A stretch of 64,000 nt of DNA from an uncultured Planctomycetales bacterium. GTDB taxonomy: Bacteria; Omnitrophota; Gorgyraeia; Gygaellales; Profunditerraquicolaceae. Positions 63,440 through 64,000 of this stretch are shown piece by piece; position 1 is the stretch's first letter, and each line of letters begins with the position of its first letter. Made by a program: the position numbers and the translations under genes. The notes beneath the pieces were generated by a model that saw only the letters and a program-made list of their open reading frames with translations, was not told where the DNA came from and ran no database searches. The stretch covers positions 1,027 through 65,026 of the forward strand of contig CAYPRG010000003.1 of NCBI GenBank assembly GCA_964413025.1, written 5' to 3'.

Positions 63440-64000
63440 TTATTCTTCCTTCTTTAATAAGACCGCCCATTCATTACAGGGGCATATTTCTGAAGTGCAA
63501 GGACGGGCTTCTTTAAGCAAATTGAAATTTTTGTCAAGGATATTGCCTACTTTAGCGTCCTGGGAATGCATCCCTCCGCACCTTAAAACTTCGCCGTCAG
63601 AATGGATTACCCCGTAAGAACATCCGGCATAACAAAGTTTTCCCTTAGTGCGGATTGCTTCGGTCTGGAATGGTTTTCCTCCCCGCTGGCCAAGGTAAGG
63701 CATTATCATCTTCCTCTCTTCATCAGTATACCCTTCGGGATATTTCACGCCTTTGTACTCCCCAAAAAATGGCTGGACGAACATCTCAACCCCGCATTTT
63801 TTAAATTTATCGGCATAATATTTTATAGCTGCGACCTGAGGCGGCCAGGCAACATAAGAAGGATTCTGGGCCAACCCCCGCTCCTTTAATAAAATGAGTT
63901 TATCTGTAAACTCTGCGAAATCAGCAAAAAGCGGATGAAAAGACGGATGGATTTTTATGTTACTGGAATTGATACGCTCCGCCAGTGTTTTTACTGCCCA
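63440..64000 (-). CDS. Small radical SAM enzyme, paralog of 60430-61290, 5'-truncated by the window edge
   Basis: The ORF track starts at a TTG at 63874. Hand translation shows the frame stays open to base 64000 (WAVKTLAERINSSNIKIHPSFHPLFADFAEFTDKLILLKERG-L-AQNPSYVAWPP...). This aligns with RIKLDASFHPEFADFNRF...VSFVAYPP of 60430-61290. The CX3CX2C motif would lie beyond the window. Confidence 0.7.
   Translation of the reverse strand, partial: WAVKTLAERINSSNIKIHPSFHPLFADFAEFTDKLILLKERGLAQNPSYVAWPPQVAAIKYYADKFKKCGVEMFVQPFFGEYKGVKYPEGYTDEERKMIMPYLGQRGGKPFQTEAIRTKGKLCYAGCSYGVIHSDGEVLRCGGMHSQDAKVGNILDKNFNLLKEARPCTSEICPCNEWAVLLKKEE

Noticed and set aside
1-64000. A search for mobile-element, phage-defence, toxin-antitoxin or RNA genes.
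   Set aside because: I recognised no integrase, transposase or recombinase motifs, terminal inverted repeats, tRNA-like or rRNA-like sequence, or defence-gene signatures. Intergenic space is too small to hide such genes. The repeats present are all explained by paralogous coding sequence.

Overview
The window is almost entirely coding, AT-rich by eye, and contains no rRNA, tRNA, CRISPR array, transposase or integrase that I can recognise. It reads as one very large cell-envelope glycoconjugate biosynthesis and tailoring island from an apparently anaerobic bacterium. That guess rests on the cobalamin radical SAM enzymes and a U32-like protein; I cannot assign a taxon. There are three transcriptional blocks. 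(1) A short plus-strand block (164-5469) encodes a CE4 deacetylase, a PP-loop ATPase, a polytopic membrane protein, a small membrane protein and a carbamoyltransferase. (2) A minus-strand block of 11 genes (22464 down to 5448) encodes a secreted protein, a B12 radical SAM enzyme, four tandem signal-peptide TPR paralogs, a large membrane protein, a second carbamoyltransferase and three more radical SAM enzymes. (3) A minus-strand array of about 31 genes over about 36 kb (from the window end at 64000 down to 27413) has junctions from 26-nt overlaps to an 84-nt gap, most of them under 20 nt. Between blocks 2 and 3 lie two plus-strand genes for giant LVIVD-type beta-propeller repeat proteins (22668-27392). 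Thirteen genes carry a visible radical SAM cysteine motif, giving 14 motifs because one gene is a double fusion. A further edge-truncated paralog is inferred. Nine of these genes have the N-terminal cobalamin-binding (class B) architecture. They are interleaved with seven polytopic membrane proteins (four clearly ArnT/PMT_2-like), GT2, GT4 and GT9 transferases, two CE4 deacetylases and one YdjC/HpnK-type deacetylase, two NodU/CmcH-type carbamoyltransferases, a DegT-type aminotransferase, an FAD oxidoreductase, two PP-loop ATPases, a U32-like protein and a secreted GH5 hydrolase. I do not recognise this combination as any described pathway. Several young repeats overlie the island: a perfect 281-bp duplication inside an LVIVD gene, a 259-bp near-identical block shared by adjacent TPR genes, and a 144-bp inverted repeat between the two carbamoyltransferases that differs only at synonymous sites. 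All family calls come from motif and architecture recognition by eye. No HMM or BLAST search was run, so functional labels are hypotheses at family level.
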